Positions 1 to 11,066 of a stretch of 49,576 bases of DNA are shown here, one piece after another. The position numbers and the translations under genes are program-made. Origin of the DNA: Nitrosomonadales bacterium (GTDB lineage: Bacteria; Pseudomonadota; Gammaproteobacteria; Burkholderiales; SG8-41); contig JAYVQD010000473.1 in NCBI GenBank assembly GCA_043777275.1, forward strand, positions 1-49,576, read 5' to 3'. The stretch's first letter is position 1. Each line of letters opens with the position of its first letter. The notes beneath the pieces are model-generated. The model saw only the letters and a program-made list of their open reading frames with translations, was not told the DNA's origin and ran no database searches.

Positions 1-713
1 TGTTCATACGCAACGTCGCGGGCTTCACGCACGGGCCGGAGGGTGCTGACAAGGGCAGCATCGGCCAGAGTTTCCTCGTTGTGCTGGCGGAAGACGAAGA
101 CACGGTGGCCGAGCTGGGTTGGCAGCCGTACAGCGTGGATCGCGGTTTCACGTCGGGGGACAACGTAGTCACCGTGCAAAGCGTGGTGGCGATCAGCGCC
201 CCCGCGTATTCGCAAAGCGAGCACGCCGAGGAACACGCGGCGCTCTTGGCGGATGTGATCGGCGAGCGCGCCTGCGGCTACTGGACAGCGATCGGCATGT
301 GTTACGCCAACTGGCATCCGCTGATCATTCTGGGGCCGTCTATCGCAGCGGTGTTTGCCAAAGATGGCTGGAGTAAAGACGACATCCGCCAATATTTTTG
401 CGATCACGTGAAGATCAAGGCATCGACTGCCGAGCGTTACGCCTACGGCGCGGGGCTGACCGGATTTCGCATCAACAACGCGGTGAAAGAAGGACTGCTG
501 CCCAAGACCTACCACGAGTCGGATGATCCTGATCGTCTGGTGCCGGTGTTTCAGCGGCCCGAGTGGCTGAGCATCGTGGTGGCGGGCGACGCGGGCCGCA
601 ATCAGTCGCGCGGCTATGTGTGCAACCACGTGCAGGGCGTGCCGACCAGCCGCAAGGTGGTGTTGCCGAAGCACTGGGATGCGTTGCTGGAAGCATCGCG
701 CCCGATTTTGTGA
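1..713 (+). CDS. C-terminal part of a conserved hypothetical protein (5' end lies outside the window)
   Basis: The frame of ORF 81..713 stays open back to base 3 (FIRNVAGFTHGPEGADKGS...), so the gene starts upstream of the window. Third positions are G/C-rich and a hairpin terminator follows. I recognised no family by eye. Confidence 0.5.
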   Translation, partial: FIRNVAGFTHGPEGADKGSIGQSFLVVLAEDEDTVAELGWQPYSVDRGFTSGDNVVTVQSVVAISAPAYSQSEHAEEHAALLADVIGERACGYWTAIGMCYANWHPLIILGPSIAAVFAKDGWSKDDIRQYFCDHVKIKASTAERYAYGAGLTGFRINNAVKEGLLPKTYHESDDPDRLVPVFQRPEWLSIVVAGDAGRNQSRGYVCNHVQGVPTSRKVVLPKHWDALLEASRPIL

Positions 714-724
714 GAAACGCGGAC

Positions 725-755
725 AAAAAATGCGGCTTTTCGGCCGCATTTTTTA
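725..755. terminator. Bidirectional rho-independent terminator between convergent genes
   Basis: Stem ATGCGGC (730-736) pairs with GCCGCAT (743-749). It is flanked by an A-run upstream and a T-run downstream. Confidence 0.7.
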
Positions 756-777
756 TTCAATAAAAACAAATACTTAC
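753..777 (-). repeat. AT-rich motif copy a (GTAAGTATTTGTTTTTATTGAATAA on the minus strand)
   Basis: Exact 25-mer, identical to the copies at 11002..11026 and 31666..31690. It lies 5 nt 3' of the stop codon of the 782..1555 gene, in sense orientation. Confidence 0.9.
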
Positions 778-781
778 ATCG

Positions 782-1555
782 TTATTCCCACAGCCGCTCC
801 GGCAGCGGCAAACCGGCGAGGTCTTCCGGTTTCATGCGTCCGTTGGGTTCAATACCAAAGCGCTCCAGTACGGCGGTGAGTTGGCGTACGTGTTGCGCGG
901 AGTGCCAGGTGGAGCGTTCGAGCAATTGCGACATCGGCTGCACGCCGTAGTACGTGTTGACCTTCACCGTGCAGGATTTATCCGCGAGCGATTCCCACCA
1001 CTGTTGCAGATGTTCGATGGCGCTGTCGCCATACTTCGCGATCTCGGCGCCGGTCATGTAGCCGCCTTCGGTCGGCGGCACATTGGCGAGTTGCACGGCG
1101 TAATCCGCGCCGTCGCGCGCGCATTCGAGAAACGCCTCACCGATGCGGAACACGTGAAAACTCAGAAAGCGTATCGTGCGCTCGCGGTTGTCGATCACAT
1201 TGCCGGTGATTTTGTCATCGGGCATCTGGCGGATCAGGCGTTGCGCCGCGCGCAGGATGGTGGTCCAGCGCTGGATGAGTTCCGCCGGCGGCAACGGCGT
1301 GTGACCGGTGCCCTGCAAACCCACAAACTTGGCGACGTCTTCGAGGTTTTGCCCGAATACGTAGGCTTTGCCGCGGGCGACCACGGGTACATTGCGCACG
1401 CCATACGACAATAATTTTTCACGTCCACCGGCGTCGTTCAGTACATCGATGACGTCGAAATCGATATTTTTTTTCGAAAGAAACTCTTTCGTTTTGAGGC
1501 AGCTACTTCATCCCGGTTGGGTGAAGAGCACGAACTTGTCTACGACTGCGTTCAT
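782..1555 (-). CDS. Candidate selenoprotein: glutaredoxin/NrdH-like domain (U-S-S-C redox motif) fused to a DinB/YfiT-like domain
   Basis: ATG at 1555 has GGAGG 6 nt upstream. The reading MNAVVDKFVLFTQPG-[TGA 1510..1508]-SSCLKTKEFLSKKNIDFDVIDVLNDAGGREKLLSYGVRNVPVV continues in frame, with no other stop, into the 209-aa ORF 782..1411. The TGA sits at the first Cys position of a Grx-type CxxC. If the TGA is a true stop, only 782..1411 (TTG start) would be the gene. Confidence 0.55.
1475..1491 (-). promoter_or_regulatory. SECIS-like hairpin downstream of the in-frame UGA
   Basis: On the mRNA strand this is CGAAAGA-GUU-UCUUUCG, a perfect 7-bp stem with a 3-nt loop. It starts 16 nt after the UGA at 1510..1508. 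Confidence 0.4.
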
Positions 1556-1630
1556 GGCAAACCTCCAGTTGGAAAACTCATTGAGATTACTCCCGCCGTG
1601 TAAAAACGGTCAAGTTTGTTTACGACCGGC

Positions 1631-2770
1631 TTACGAACAGGATTCCTGCCGCAGGCGTATCGCTTCCGCGGCGGCGGCGGATTGCGCGATTGATTCGATG
1701 ATACCGCCGCCCAGACACACGTTGCTTTCGTAGACCACCACCGATTGACCGGGCGTAACTGCCCACTGCGGCTCGGCGAATTCAACGGCGCAGCTTTGCT
1801 GCGTGGCCGAGGCAATGACGCACGGCGCGTCTTTCTGGCGATAGCGCGTTTTCGCGCCGTAGACCCAGCCGCAATGCGGTGTTGTTCCACTAATCCAGCT
1901 CAGATTCACCGCGGTCAGCCGGTCGGAAAACAGCGAGGCATGATCGTGTCCCTGCACCACGATCAGGCGGTTGTTCGGCATATCTTTCTCGGCGACATAC
2001 CACGCATCGCCGTCGCCGTTGCGTGTGCCGCCGATGCCCAAACCCTGGCGCTGACCCAGCGTATAAAACATCAAGCCGCTGTGCTTGCCCACCCGCACGC
2101 CATCAGGCGTACAGATGTCGCCGGGATTCGCGGGAATATAACGATTCAAAAACTCACGGAACGGGCGTTCGCCGACAAAGCAGATGCCGGTTGAATCTTT
2201 TTTGTCGTGCGTCGCCAGCCCTTCGCGGCGCGCGATGTCGCGCACGGCGATCTTGGTGAGATGACCCAGCGGGCACAGCGTTTTCGACAACTGCTGCTGA
2301 TTAAGGCGATACAGAAAATAACTTTGATCCTTGCTGCCGTCGTCGGCGCGCAGCAGTTGAAACAGCCCGTCACGCTCGCGCACTTGTGCATAGTGGCCGG
2401 TGGCGATGCAGTCGGCGCCCATCGCCATCGCGTGATCGAGAAACGCCTTGAATTTGATTTCGGCGTTGCACATCACGTCGGGGTTGGGCGTGCGCCCGGC
2501 TTTGTATTCGGCGAGAAACTCGTTGAACACGCGCTCTTTGTACTCGGCGGAAAAATTCACCTGCTCGATGTCGATGCCGATCTTATCGGCGACGGAAACC
2601 GCATCGATCAAATCCTGGCGCGACGAGCAATAATCATCCGTGTCGTCGTCTTCCCAGTTTTTCATGAACAGGGCGGTGACATCGTAGCCCTGTTGTTTTA
2701 ACAGTAGCGCGGCGACCGAGGAATCCACGCCCCCGGACAGGCCGACGACGACTCTTTTTTGGGCGCTCAT
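1631..2770 (-). CDS. mnmA: tRNA 2-thiouridine(34) synthase
   Basis: N-terminal PP-loop [19 protein letters not shown], and full-length resemblance to MnmA/TrmU (379 aa). Confidence 0.95.
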   Translation of the reverse strand: MSAQKRVVVGLSGGVDSSVAALLLKQQGYDVTALFMKNWEDDDTDDYCSSRQDLIDAVSVADKIGIDIEQVNFSAEYKERVFNEFLAEYKAGRTPNPDVMCNAEIKFKAFLDHAMAMGADCIATGHYAQVRERDGLFQLLRADDGSKDQSYFLYRLNQQQLSKTLCPLGHLTKIAVRDIARREGLATHDKKDSTGICFVGERPFREFLNRYIPANPGDICTPDGVRVGKHSGLMFYTLGQRQGLGIGGTRNGDGDAWYVAEKDMPNNRLIVVQGHDHASLFSDRLTAVNLSWISGTTPHCGWVYGAKTRYRQKDAPCVIASATQQSCAVEFAEPQWAVTPGQSVVVYESNVCLGGGIIESIAQSAAAAEAIRLRQESCS

Positions 2771-2842
2771 GAGGTGGCTGCTATGGCGTGATTCGGTTGC
2801 ATGCCGCTATTCTACCGCCTGTGCGCGGCTGCAAATAAAAAA

Positions 2843-2864
2843 GGCAGGGTCTCGCGACCCTGCC
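2843..2864 (-). terminator. Rho-independent terminator of the small secreted-protein gene
   Basis: GGCAGGGTC-TCGC-GACCCTGCC hairpin, followed on the minus strand by a TTTTTTATTT run. It lies 21 nt 3' of the stop at 2885. Confidence 0.7.
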
Positions 2865-2884
2865 TCTCCAGCGAAAATACGCGA

Positions 2885-3091
2885 TTACTTCTTGTCGTCT
2901 TTCTTGTCTTCTTTTTTGGCTTCGACTTTGGCGGCTTTGTCGTCTTTCTTGGCTTCGACTTTGGCGGCTTTGTCGTCTTTCTTGGCTTCGACCTTGGCGG
3001 CTTTGTCGTCTTTCTTGTCTTGCGCGATGACCGGGGTCATGGTTGCGGCAGCAAACACAGCAGCGATCAGGGTTGCAAACAGCTTGTTCAT
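2885..3091 (-). CDS. Small secreted Lys/Asp/Ala-rich repeat protein (68 aa)
   Basis: Signal-peptide-like MNKLFATLIAAVFAAATMTPVIAQ is followed by 3 x DKAAKVEAKKD. GAGGA lies about 7 nt upstream of the ATG, and a terminator lies downstream. Confidence 0.6.
   Translation of the reverse strand: MNKLFATLIAAVFAAATMTPVIAQDKKDDKAAKVEAKKDDKAAKVEAKKDDKAAKVEAKKEDKKDDKK
2918..3016. repeat. Tandem 33-bp repeat x3 inside the small secreted-protein gene
   Basis: GGCTTCGACTTTGGCGGCTTTGTCGTCTTTCTT occurs at 2918, 2951 and 2984. The third copy has one mismatch. Confidence 0.95.
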
Positions 3092-3236
3092 TGTTTCTTC
3101 CTCTTCGGTAGTTGGTGAATGGTCGCTTGCGCAACCGACCGCATTATTTTTCGGTCAATGCCACTAACGAGCGAGCTTGCGGGCGGTTGACCTGCTGGAA
3201 ACTGATGTCGAGCTGCGTGCGGAGGCGTTAAAAAAA

Positions 3237-3259
3237 TCATAATAAAAACATATACTTAC
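3237..3259 (-). repeat. AT-rich motif copy b (GTAAGTATATGTTTTTATTATGA on the minus strand)
   Basis: There is one mismatch to the core in the 19 nt 3241..3259. The TAA inside G-TAA-G is the rluE stop codon (3258..3256). Confidence 0.75.
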
Positions 3260-3810
3260 GGATGAATTTTCCATAGTCCCGATTTGAGTCCATCGAGACT
3301 CCAGTCGCCGATGCGGTAGCGGATCAGCCGCAATGTGGGATGGCCGACAGCCGCCGTCATGCGCCGCACCTGGCGATTTTTTCCCTCGTGGATAGTGAGT
3401 TGCATCCATGCCGTGGGAATGTTTTTGCGAAAGCGCACGGGTGGCACGCGCGACCACAGCCATGCCGGTTCATTGACGCGGCACGCTTCGGCAGGCCGCG
3501 TGAGGCCATCGTTCAGCGTGATGCCTGCGCGTAGCTGCGCAAGCGCGGCTTCGTCCGGTTCTCCTTCAACCTGCACGTAGTATGTCTTCGGAAGTTTGTG
3601 CCGCGGATCGGTAATGCGATGTTGTTCGCGCCCGTCGTCCGTCAACACCAGTAACCCTTCGCTATCGGCATCGAGGCGTCCGGCAGCGTAAACATTCGGC
3701 TGCGGGATGAAATCCTTGAGCGTGCGTTTGCCTTCAGCCGCGCGAAACTGGCACAGCACGCCGTAGGGTTTGTTGAACAGCAGCAATTGCGTCATGGCCG
3801 GGGTGTGCAA
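3256..3810 (-). CDS. rluE: 23S rRNA pseudouridine synthase, RluE type
   Basis: [29 protein letters not shown] (catalytic Asp motif) and [26 protein letters not shown] match RluE closely. An alternative start is the ATG at 3795. Confidence 0.9.
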   Translation of the reverse strand: MHTPAMTQLLLFNKPYGVLCQFRAAEGKRTLKDFIPQPNVYAAGRLDADSEGLLVLTDDGREQHRITDPRHKLPKTYYVQVEGEPDEAALAQLRAGITLNDGLTRPAEACRVNEPAWLWSRVPPVRFRKNIPTAWMQLTIHEGKNRQVRRMTAAVGHPTLRLIRYRIGDWSLDGLKSGLWKIHP

Positions 3811-3865
3811 ACAACAACGCCCGCTTGCGCGGGCGTTGATTGCGTGGCTAACTCAATAGCAAAAA

Positions 3866-5245
3866 TTACTGGCTGCCCCACGGCTTGATCGCAGCCTTGA
3901 GTTGGTTGTAGCCGTCGATGTAACGCGGACGCTTGCCCGACGAGTAAATCTTGTCGAAGGTGGCGAGTTGCGCGTCGAGCCAGGCGGCCAGTTCGGTGTT
4001 GCCCGGGTTCGCCGCTTTGTAGGCCTCGTTAATCAGCACGAAGTGAATGCGCGGATCGTACGGATCCTTGGTGCCGCCGACGGTTTCGTCGCCATTCAGC
4101 AAACGCATCAGCATGGCGTCGGCAGAGCCGAGCGTTTGCTCGTAAATCGGCGCGCCTTCCATGCGATACATCACACTGGTCATGTCCTTGCCGTTGGTCA
4201 TGGTGAAGCCCATGTCTTTCCACACCTGCTTCATGTCCTTGCCGGTTTTGGCGTGATCGAGCACCAGTTGTCCCCACGCGCGCAGCACGTCGGGCGCGTC
4301 GGCCATGAGGTCGGTCAAACGGTCGCCATCGAGGTCAGTTGCGTAAACGATGCAGCCGCGCTGATTCATCATGTCGTGCAGCAACAGGCCAAAGTTGGTG
4401 TCGGAGATGTGCTCGTAGACATCGCCGCCCCAGTTTTCCATGCCGGCCTTGAAGTCTTTCGGCAGCAGCGCGGCGATGGCATCAACGTTTTCTTTGTGTT
4501 CTTCGTAAGCGTCCACCGCGTACTGGCGCTTTAACTTGAATTTCGTGCCTTGCAGCAGCCAGCGCATGATGCCGGCGTTGACCGCGTCTTCCTTGGCTTG
4601 CGTGGGCTTGGTGGCGATACGGCCGATCTGGCCGGTGTCATGCACCAGTTTCAGGAACAGGCGCGCGGCGTAGGCCATGCGTACGCCGGGGGTGTTCATT
4701 TCGGAATGGATGTTGCCGGTGGCTTTTTCGACTACGAATTTCTTGTTGTCCTGCGAATAGGGCAGGCCGGGCATGAAGCGCACGTTGGTGATCGAGCCAT
4801 ACGGACGCACATTGCAATACACGCCGGACGCGGTGCGCAGCGGCGCATTGGCGGATTTGCCCGCGACCACCACTTTTTTGCCGCCGTCATTCACCATGAA
4901 GTCGCCCGCAGTGGACCACTTGAGGCAGGTGTAATCCATCTTGCCGAACCACTCCAGCGACTTTAACTTGGTGTCGTGACGGAACTGCGCCATCATCGGT
5001 ACGCCGAGGAACGGCAGGCCCAGCACATCCAGCGCCATCAGCGTGCCGTTCAGGGCAAAGGTGTCGGTCAACGCATGCGCCACCGGCTGCACGCCGCCCG
5101 CATTGTTGCCGCCTTCCCAGATCACCGCATCGCTGATGCTGCGCGGCTGCGTTTTGGAGCGCTTGTATATGCTGTCGAGCAGCTTGAACAAATCGCCGTC
5201 CTGTTCTTCTTTGGCGATTTTGAAAAGGTCGAGTTTTGCGGTCAT
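3866..5245 (-). CDS. Conserved hypothetical soluble protein (459 aa), family not recognised
   Basis: Start MTAKLDLFKIAKEEQ at 5245 has GGAGA upstream. Coding bias is strong throughout. The track's 553-aa version adds 94 residues of low-complexity, non-coding-looking sequence. Confidence 0.6.
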   Translation of the reverse strand: MTAKLDLFKIAKEEQDGDLFKLLDSIYKRSKTQPRSISDAVIWEGGNNAGGVQPVAHALTDTFALNGTLMALDVLGLPFLGVPMMAQFRHDTKLKSLEWFGKMDYTCLKWSTAGDFMVNDGGKKVVVAGKSANAPLRTASGVYCNVRPYGSITNVRFMPGLPYSQDNKKFVVEKATGNIHSEMNTPGVRMAYAARLFLKLVHDTGQIGRIATKPTQAKEDAVNAGIMRWLLQGTKFKLKRQYAVDAYEEHKENVDAIAALLPKDFKAGMENWGGDVYEHISDTNFGLLLHDMMNQRGCIVYATDLDGDRLTDLMADAPDVLRAWGQLVLDHAKTGKDMKQVWKDMGFTMTNGKDMTSVMYRMEGAPIYEQTLGSADAMLMRLLNGDETVGGTKDPYDPRIHFVLINEAYKAANPGNTELAAWLDAQLATFDKIYSSGKRPRYIDGYNQLKAAIKPWGSQ

Positions 5246-5401
5246 GGTGCTGGGTCTCCGGTGAAATAATTTGAAGAGGGTCTGATAACACTGTGATCGG
5301 TGGGTTGCGGCGATCGGCAGGAGCGTCCCGAAGGGTCGTTGAGGCAGGATCGTGACATTCGCCGCCTGCCGCGCTTTCCGTTGGTGCGTGGCGGCATTAT
5401 C

Positions 5402-5427
5402 GCATTTATTGGTTTTTACATAAATGC
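5402..5427. promoter_or_regulatory. Inverted repeat GCATTTAT-N10-ATAAATGC in the divergent intergenic region
   Basis: The 8-bp arms lie at 5402..5409 and 5420..5427, about 160-180 nt upstream of the 459-aa gene start. This is a possible operator. Confidence 0.3.
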
Positions 5428-5676
5428 CCTGGCGTACTGTTCGTATTGTGGTTGAAACGATGGGCGCAACCTGATATGCGTAACCAGGGTCGTAAACGGG
5501 TTTTGCGCGGGCAGTGCGACATATCACAAGGGAAAATGCGTCCAGGAATTCACAAACTCACTTCGCTTTGTGAGGCATAGTTCACGGCGAGTCGTGAGGC
5601 GATCCGTATATATTGTATGCTAGCGATTCAAACTTTTGAAACCAAGCTGCAGCCGGCAACTGATGAGTAACCAAAA

Positions 5677-6006
5677 ATGATTGAACCGCACCTGCGGCGT
5701 TCCATGCGTATACCTGTTGCCTATAAGGGCGTCATCAGCGACGGCCAGCGAACGCTCAAGTGTCTGATTCAAGACGTGAGTGACAGCGGCATGCTGATTG
5801 TCGCCAGTGAGCCATTCAAGATAGGGCAAATTCTCGATCTGAAATGCGATATCGAGCCGGGACGATACCTGGAGTGCAAAATCGAGGTTCGCTTTTGTGA
5901 CGATACCGGCATGGGTATCAGGATCGTTGAAATCAGCGCCCAAAGCGCAGGTGGATTTCAACACTGCGTGGATGATGATTTTTCAATACTTCCAGAAAAA
6001 TCCTGA
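5677..6006 (+). CDS. PilZ-domain protein (c-di-GMP receptor type)
   Basis: N-terminal RRSMR (RxxxR) and DVSDSG (D/NxSxxG) motifs at the spacing typical of PilZ. Length 109 aa. Confidence 0.7.
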   Translation: MIEPHLRRSMRIPVAYKGVISDGQRTLKCLIQDVSDSGMLIVASEPFKIGQILDLKCDIEPGRYLECKIEVRFCDDTGMGIRIVEISAQSAGGFQHCVDDDFSILPEKS

Positions 6007-6113
6007 ACGCAAACCACGGCAAAACCACCTTGCCCGTACCGGCGCGAGGCTAACGGCTTGTTATAGCACTGGTTGGGCAGCGGCCGCCCGGACCGCTCCA
6101 TTGCAGGACGGCG

Positions 6114-6317
6114 CTACGCCGCCTGAATGTTCGATGCTTGCTTGCCTTTGGGGCCTTGTGTCACTTCAAACGAGACTTTCTGGCCTTCCTTGAGCGTCTT
6201 GAATCGGCCCATCTGGATCGCCGAGAAATGGGCGAAGAGATATTCGCTCTTGTCGTCCGGCGTGATAAATCCGTAGCCTTTGGAGTCGTTAAACCACTTC
6301 ACCGTGCCGGATGCCAT
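6114..6317 (-). CDS. Cold-shock protein, CspA family (67 aa)
   Basis: [22 protein letters not shown]...FAHFSAI carries the RNP1/RNP2 motifs. The start is at 6317, and the track ORF is N-terminally over-extended. Confidence 0.9.
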   Translation of the reverse strand: MASGTVKWFNDSKGYGFITPDDKSEYLFAHFSAIQMGRFKTLKEGQKVSFEVTQGPKGKQASNIQAA

Positions 6318-6643
6318 GCGTTTTCCTTCCTGAGTATCACGGGGGAGATTGCCTCCTCCGATTGCTTTCGCTTGAGTGTCAAGAATCGCAATCAGCGCAA
6401 CCGCACCGCTTCCGCGCCAATTGCTGGCTGCCAAACATTCGCTCGCGCAAACGCTTCAGTACGTTTTCAAGCGGGAATTAAAGCATACACCAAAACGCAC
6501 AGTTGCAACGAATCGGCCCCTGACGGACATTTGTCGCTGGAGCACTTGAATTTTTCGCTATAACGTCCAAAATACAAGATAACGCGCGGATTTAGAGTTT
6601 TCTCAACCGTTGTACCCGGCGCATTTTTGAGTTATGTTGAACC

Positions 6644-6952
6644 ATGGCAGGCAAACAACGCGATGACACAGTACTGGAGGCGCAGCGGGTCAAAACCAAA
6701 CCGCCGCCGATGTTCAAGGTGATGATCCTGAACGACGACTACACGCCCATGGATTTCGTGGTGATCGTGTTGCAGAAATTTTTTTCGCTGGGCCGTGAAA
6801 AGGCGATGCAAATCATGCTCAAGGTGCATCGCGAGGGCATGGGCGTGTGTGGTGTTTATTCCAAGGATGTTGCTGCGACCAAGGTGGATCAGGTGCGATC
6901 GTACGCCAAACAGCACCAACATCCGTTACAGTGCATGATGGAAGAGAATTGA
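6644..6952 (+). CDS. clpS: ATP-dependent Clp protease adaptor ClpS
   Basis: [27 protein letters not shown] is the typical ClpS core. The gene sits directly upstream of clpA. Confidence 0.95.
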   Translation: MAGKQRDDTVLEAQRVKTKPPPMFKVMILNDDYTPMDFVVIVLQKFFSLGREKAMQIMLKVHREGMGVCGVYSKDVAATKVDQVRSYAKQHQHPLQCMMEEN

Positions 6953-6995
6953 TTCAACCCCGCAACCGTAGTACAGACGCCAATAAAGGACGCCA

Positions 6996-9260
<2,265 letters not shown>

Positions 9261-9287
9261 ATAGCCGTTAGCACGGAAGTCGCAGTG

Positions 9288-9316
9288 AAAAACCCCGGAA
9301 CTTCCGGGGTTTTTCA
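9288..9316 (+). terminator. Rho-independent terminator after clpA
   Basis: CCCCGGA-ACT-TCCGGGG hairpin followed by TTTTTC. Confidence 0.7.
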
Positions 9317-9399
9317 TTGAGCGCTAGTGTTTTTTGGCGGCATGCATCTGTCGCTACATTGCGATATTATTCGGCAACAATTTTAATCAGGAGGTGGTC

Positions 9400-9720
9400 A
9401 TGAACCATTCATGGATAGGCGCCCGGTGCGCAGCCGTTATGATCGCGGGCGCGGCAATTCCCGCGCAGGCACAAGACCCCAATCCGCATGCCGCGCGCGC
9501 ACTGGCCGCCACTTGTTTTACCTGTCATGGCACGGAAGGCCGCAGCGTTGGTGGCGTGCCACCGAGCATTGCCGGACAAAGCAAGGCAGCAATGCTGCAG
9601 CAACTGCTGGATTTCAAGGCGGGCAAGCGACCGGCGACTATCATGCATCAGCATGCCAAGGGCTACACCGATGCGCAGCTTGAGCAGATCGCCGGCTACT
9701 TTGCCGCGGTTAAACCTTGA
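9400..9720 (+). CDS. fccA: Monoheme c-type cytochrome, probable sulfide dehydrogenase cytochrome subunit
   Basis: GGAGG lies upstream of the ATG at 9400. There is a signal peptide ending AQAQ and a single CFTCH heme motif. It is immediately followed by the flavoprotein subunit gene. Confidence 0.75.
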   Translation: MNHSWIGARCAAVMIAGAAIPAQAQDPNPHAARALAATCFTCHGTEGRSVGGVPPSIAGQSKAAMLQQLLDFKAGKRPATIMHQHAKGYTDAQLEQIAGYFAAVKP

Positions 9721-9736
9721 AAAGCAGGAGACAGCC

Positions 9737-11005
9737 ATGACCATTTCCAGACGTGAATTCATGCAGTGGACGGCAACCGTGGGTGCAGCAACGCTGACAG
9801 GGTGTGCAACCACCGGCGGCGGCAGTGCAGGGCGAGTCGTCGTCATCGGCGGCGGCATCGGCGGTGGCACGGCGGCGAAATACATAAAGATGTGGTCGCC
9901 GGACATTGACGTGACGGTGGTCGAACGCGAAGCGGATTTCATCTCGTGCCCGATCAGCAATCTGGTGCTCGCGGGCAATGCGACGATGGCGCAAATTACC
10001 ACGGGCTATTCGGGGCTTGCGAATCGCGGCATCAACGTCGTGCGTGACAGCGCGGTGGCCGTTGATCCGGTGGCAAAAACCGTGCGCCTGGCGGGCGGCA
10101 CCACCCTCCGTTACGACCGCTTGATCGTCTCGCCCGGCGTTGACTTCATGTACGAAAGTATTCCCGGTCTTAACAATGCGGCGGCGCAAAGCCAGGTGTT
10201 GCACGCGTGGAAGGCCGGGCCGCAAACGCTGGCGCTGAAGAAGCAACTCGAATCGATGCGCGACGGCGGCGTGTTTGTGATGCATATCCCGCTGGCGCCT
10301 TTCCGCTGCCCGCCGGGGCCGTATGAGCGCATCTGTCAGGTGGCGGATTACTTCCAGCGGGCAAAAGCAAAATCCAAAATCATCGTGCTCGATTCGAATC
10401 CTGATCTGGTGTCCAAAGCGGGCCTGTTCCGCAGCGCGTGGAACGGTCTTTACAAAGGCATGATCGATTACCGGCCCAACAGCGAAATCGCCGATGTCGA
10501 TGTGAAGGGCATGACCATCAAGTTGCAGTTCGGTGATGTCAGGGGTGATGTGCTCAACGTGGTGCCGCCACATCGCGCGGGCGACATCGCGCTCCAGGCG
10601 GGCTTGATTACCGCGAACAATCGCTGGTGCGGCATTGACTGGCTGACGTGTGAGTCGGTTAAAGTGCCCGGCGTGCATGTGTTGGGTGATGCGACACTAT
10701 CCGCGACCGCGATGCCCAAGTCGGCGAGCATGGCGAACCAGCACGCAAAAGTGTGCGCGGCGGCAGTGATCGCGCAGATCAAGGGACAGCCCGTGAATGC
10801 GCAGCCGATGATGATGAACACGTGCTACAGCTTCGTCGATGCCAAAAATGTAATCCATGTCGCTTCGGTGCATCAGTACAGCGCGGCGGACAAATCCATG
10901 ATGGTGGTGAAGGGCGCGGGTGGTTTGTCCGACAAAGCGAGCGAACTTGAAGGCCAGTACGCATGGGGTTGGGCGAGGAATATCTGGGCGGATTCTCTAT
11001 CGTAA
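9737..11005 (+). CDS. fccB: Flavocytochrome c sulfide dehydrogenase flavoprotein subunit (Tat-exported)
   Basis: Twin-arginine leader MTISRREFMQW, FAD fold VVVIGGGIGGGTAAKY, and overall FccB/SoxF-like sequence. The track ORF (9488) is over-extended across fccA. Confidence 0.85.
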   Translation: MTISRREFMQWTATVGAATLTGCATTGGGSAGRVVVIGGGIGGGTAAKYIKMWSPDIDVTVVEREADFISCPISNLVLAGNATMAQITTGYSGLANRGINVVRDSAVAVDPVAKTVRLAGGTTLRYDRLIVSPGVDFMYESIPGLNNAAAQSQVLHAWKAGPQTLALKKQLESMRDGGVFVMHIPLAPFRCPPGPYERICQVADYFQRAKAKSKIIVLDSNPDLVSKAGLFRSAWNGLYKGMIDYRPNSEIADVDVKGMTIKLQFGDVRGDVLNVVPPHRAGDIALQAGLITANNRWCGIDWLTCESVKVPGVHVLGDATLSATAMPKSASMANQHAKVCAAAVIAQIKGQPVNAQPMMMNTCYSFVDAKNVIHVASVHQYSAADKSMMVVKGAGGLSDKASELEGQYAWGWARNIWADSLS

Positions 11006-11026
11006 GTATTTGTTTTTATTGAATAA
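11002..11026 (+). repeat. AT-rich motif copy (GTAAGTATTTGTTTTTATTGAATAA)
   Basis: Exact 25-mer. Its internal TAA (11003..11005) is the fccB stop codon. Confidence 0.9.
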
Positions 11027-11030
11027 ATTA

Positions 11031-11066
11031 AATGGCGCTGACTACTGGTCAGCGCCATTTTTTTAG
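11031..11066. terminator. Bidirectional terminator between fccB and the DUF2784 gene
   Basis: AATGGCGCTGAC-TACTG-GTCAGCGCCATT hairpin followed by TTTTTT, with an A-rich tract on the other side. Confidence 0.8.

Noticed and set aside
2918-3016. The tandem direct repeats were considered as a possible CRISPR array.
   Set aside because: The repeats are contiguous with no spacers, they are in frame within a coding sequence, and no cas genes are nearby.
2769-3167. A plus-strand 132-aa ORF carries SSFLASTLAAL repeats opposite the small secreted-protein gene.
   Set aside because: It is a mirror image of the 33-bp tandem repeat. The minus-strand reading has an SD, a signal peptide and a terminator, whereas the plus-strand ORF overlaps the mnmA start and has none of these.
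5246-5527. The track adds a 94-codon N-terminal extension to the 459-aa protein (553-aa version).
   Set aside because: The extension has no coding-like composition and contains AT-rich promoter-like sequence. The internal ATG at 5245 has a GGAGA ribosome-binding site and begins a clean coding region.
10380-10400. GATTCGAATCC resembles a tRNA T-loop.
   Set aside because: It lies inside the fccB reading frame, and the flanking sequence cannot form acceptor or anticodon arms.
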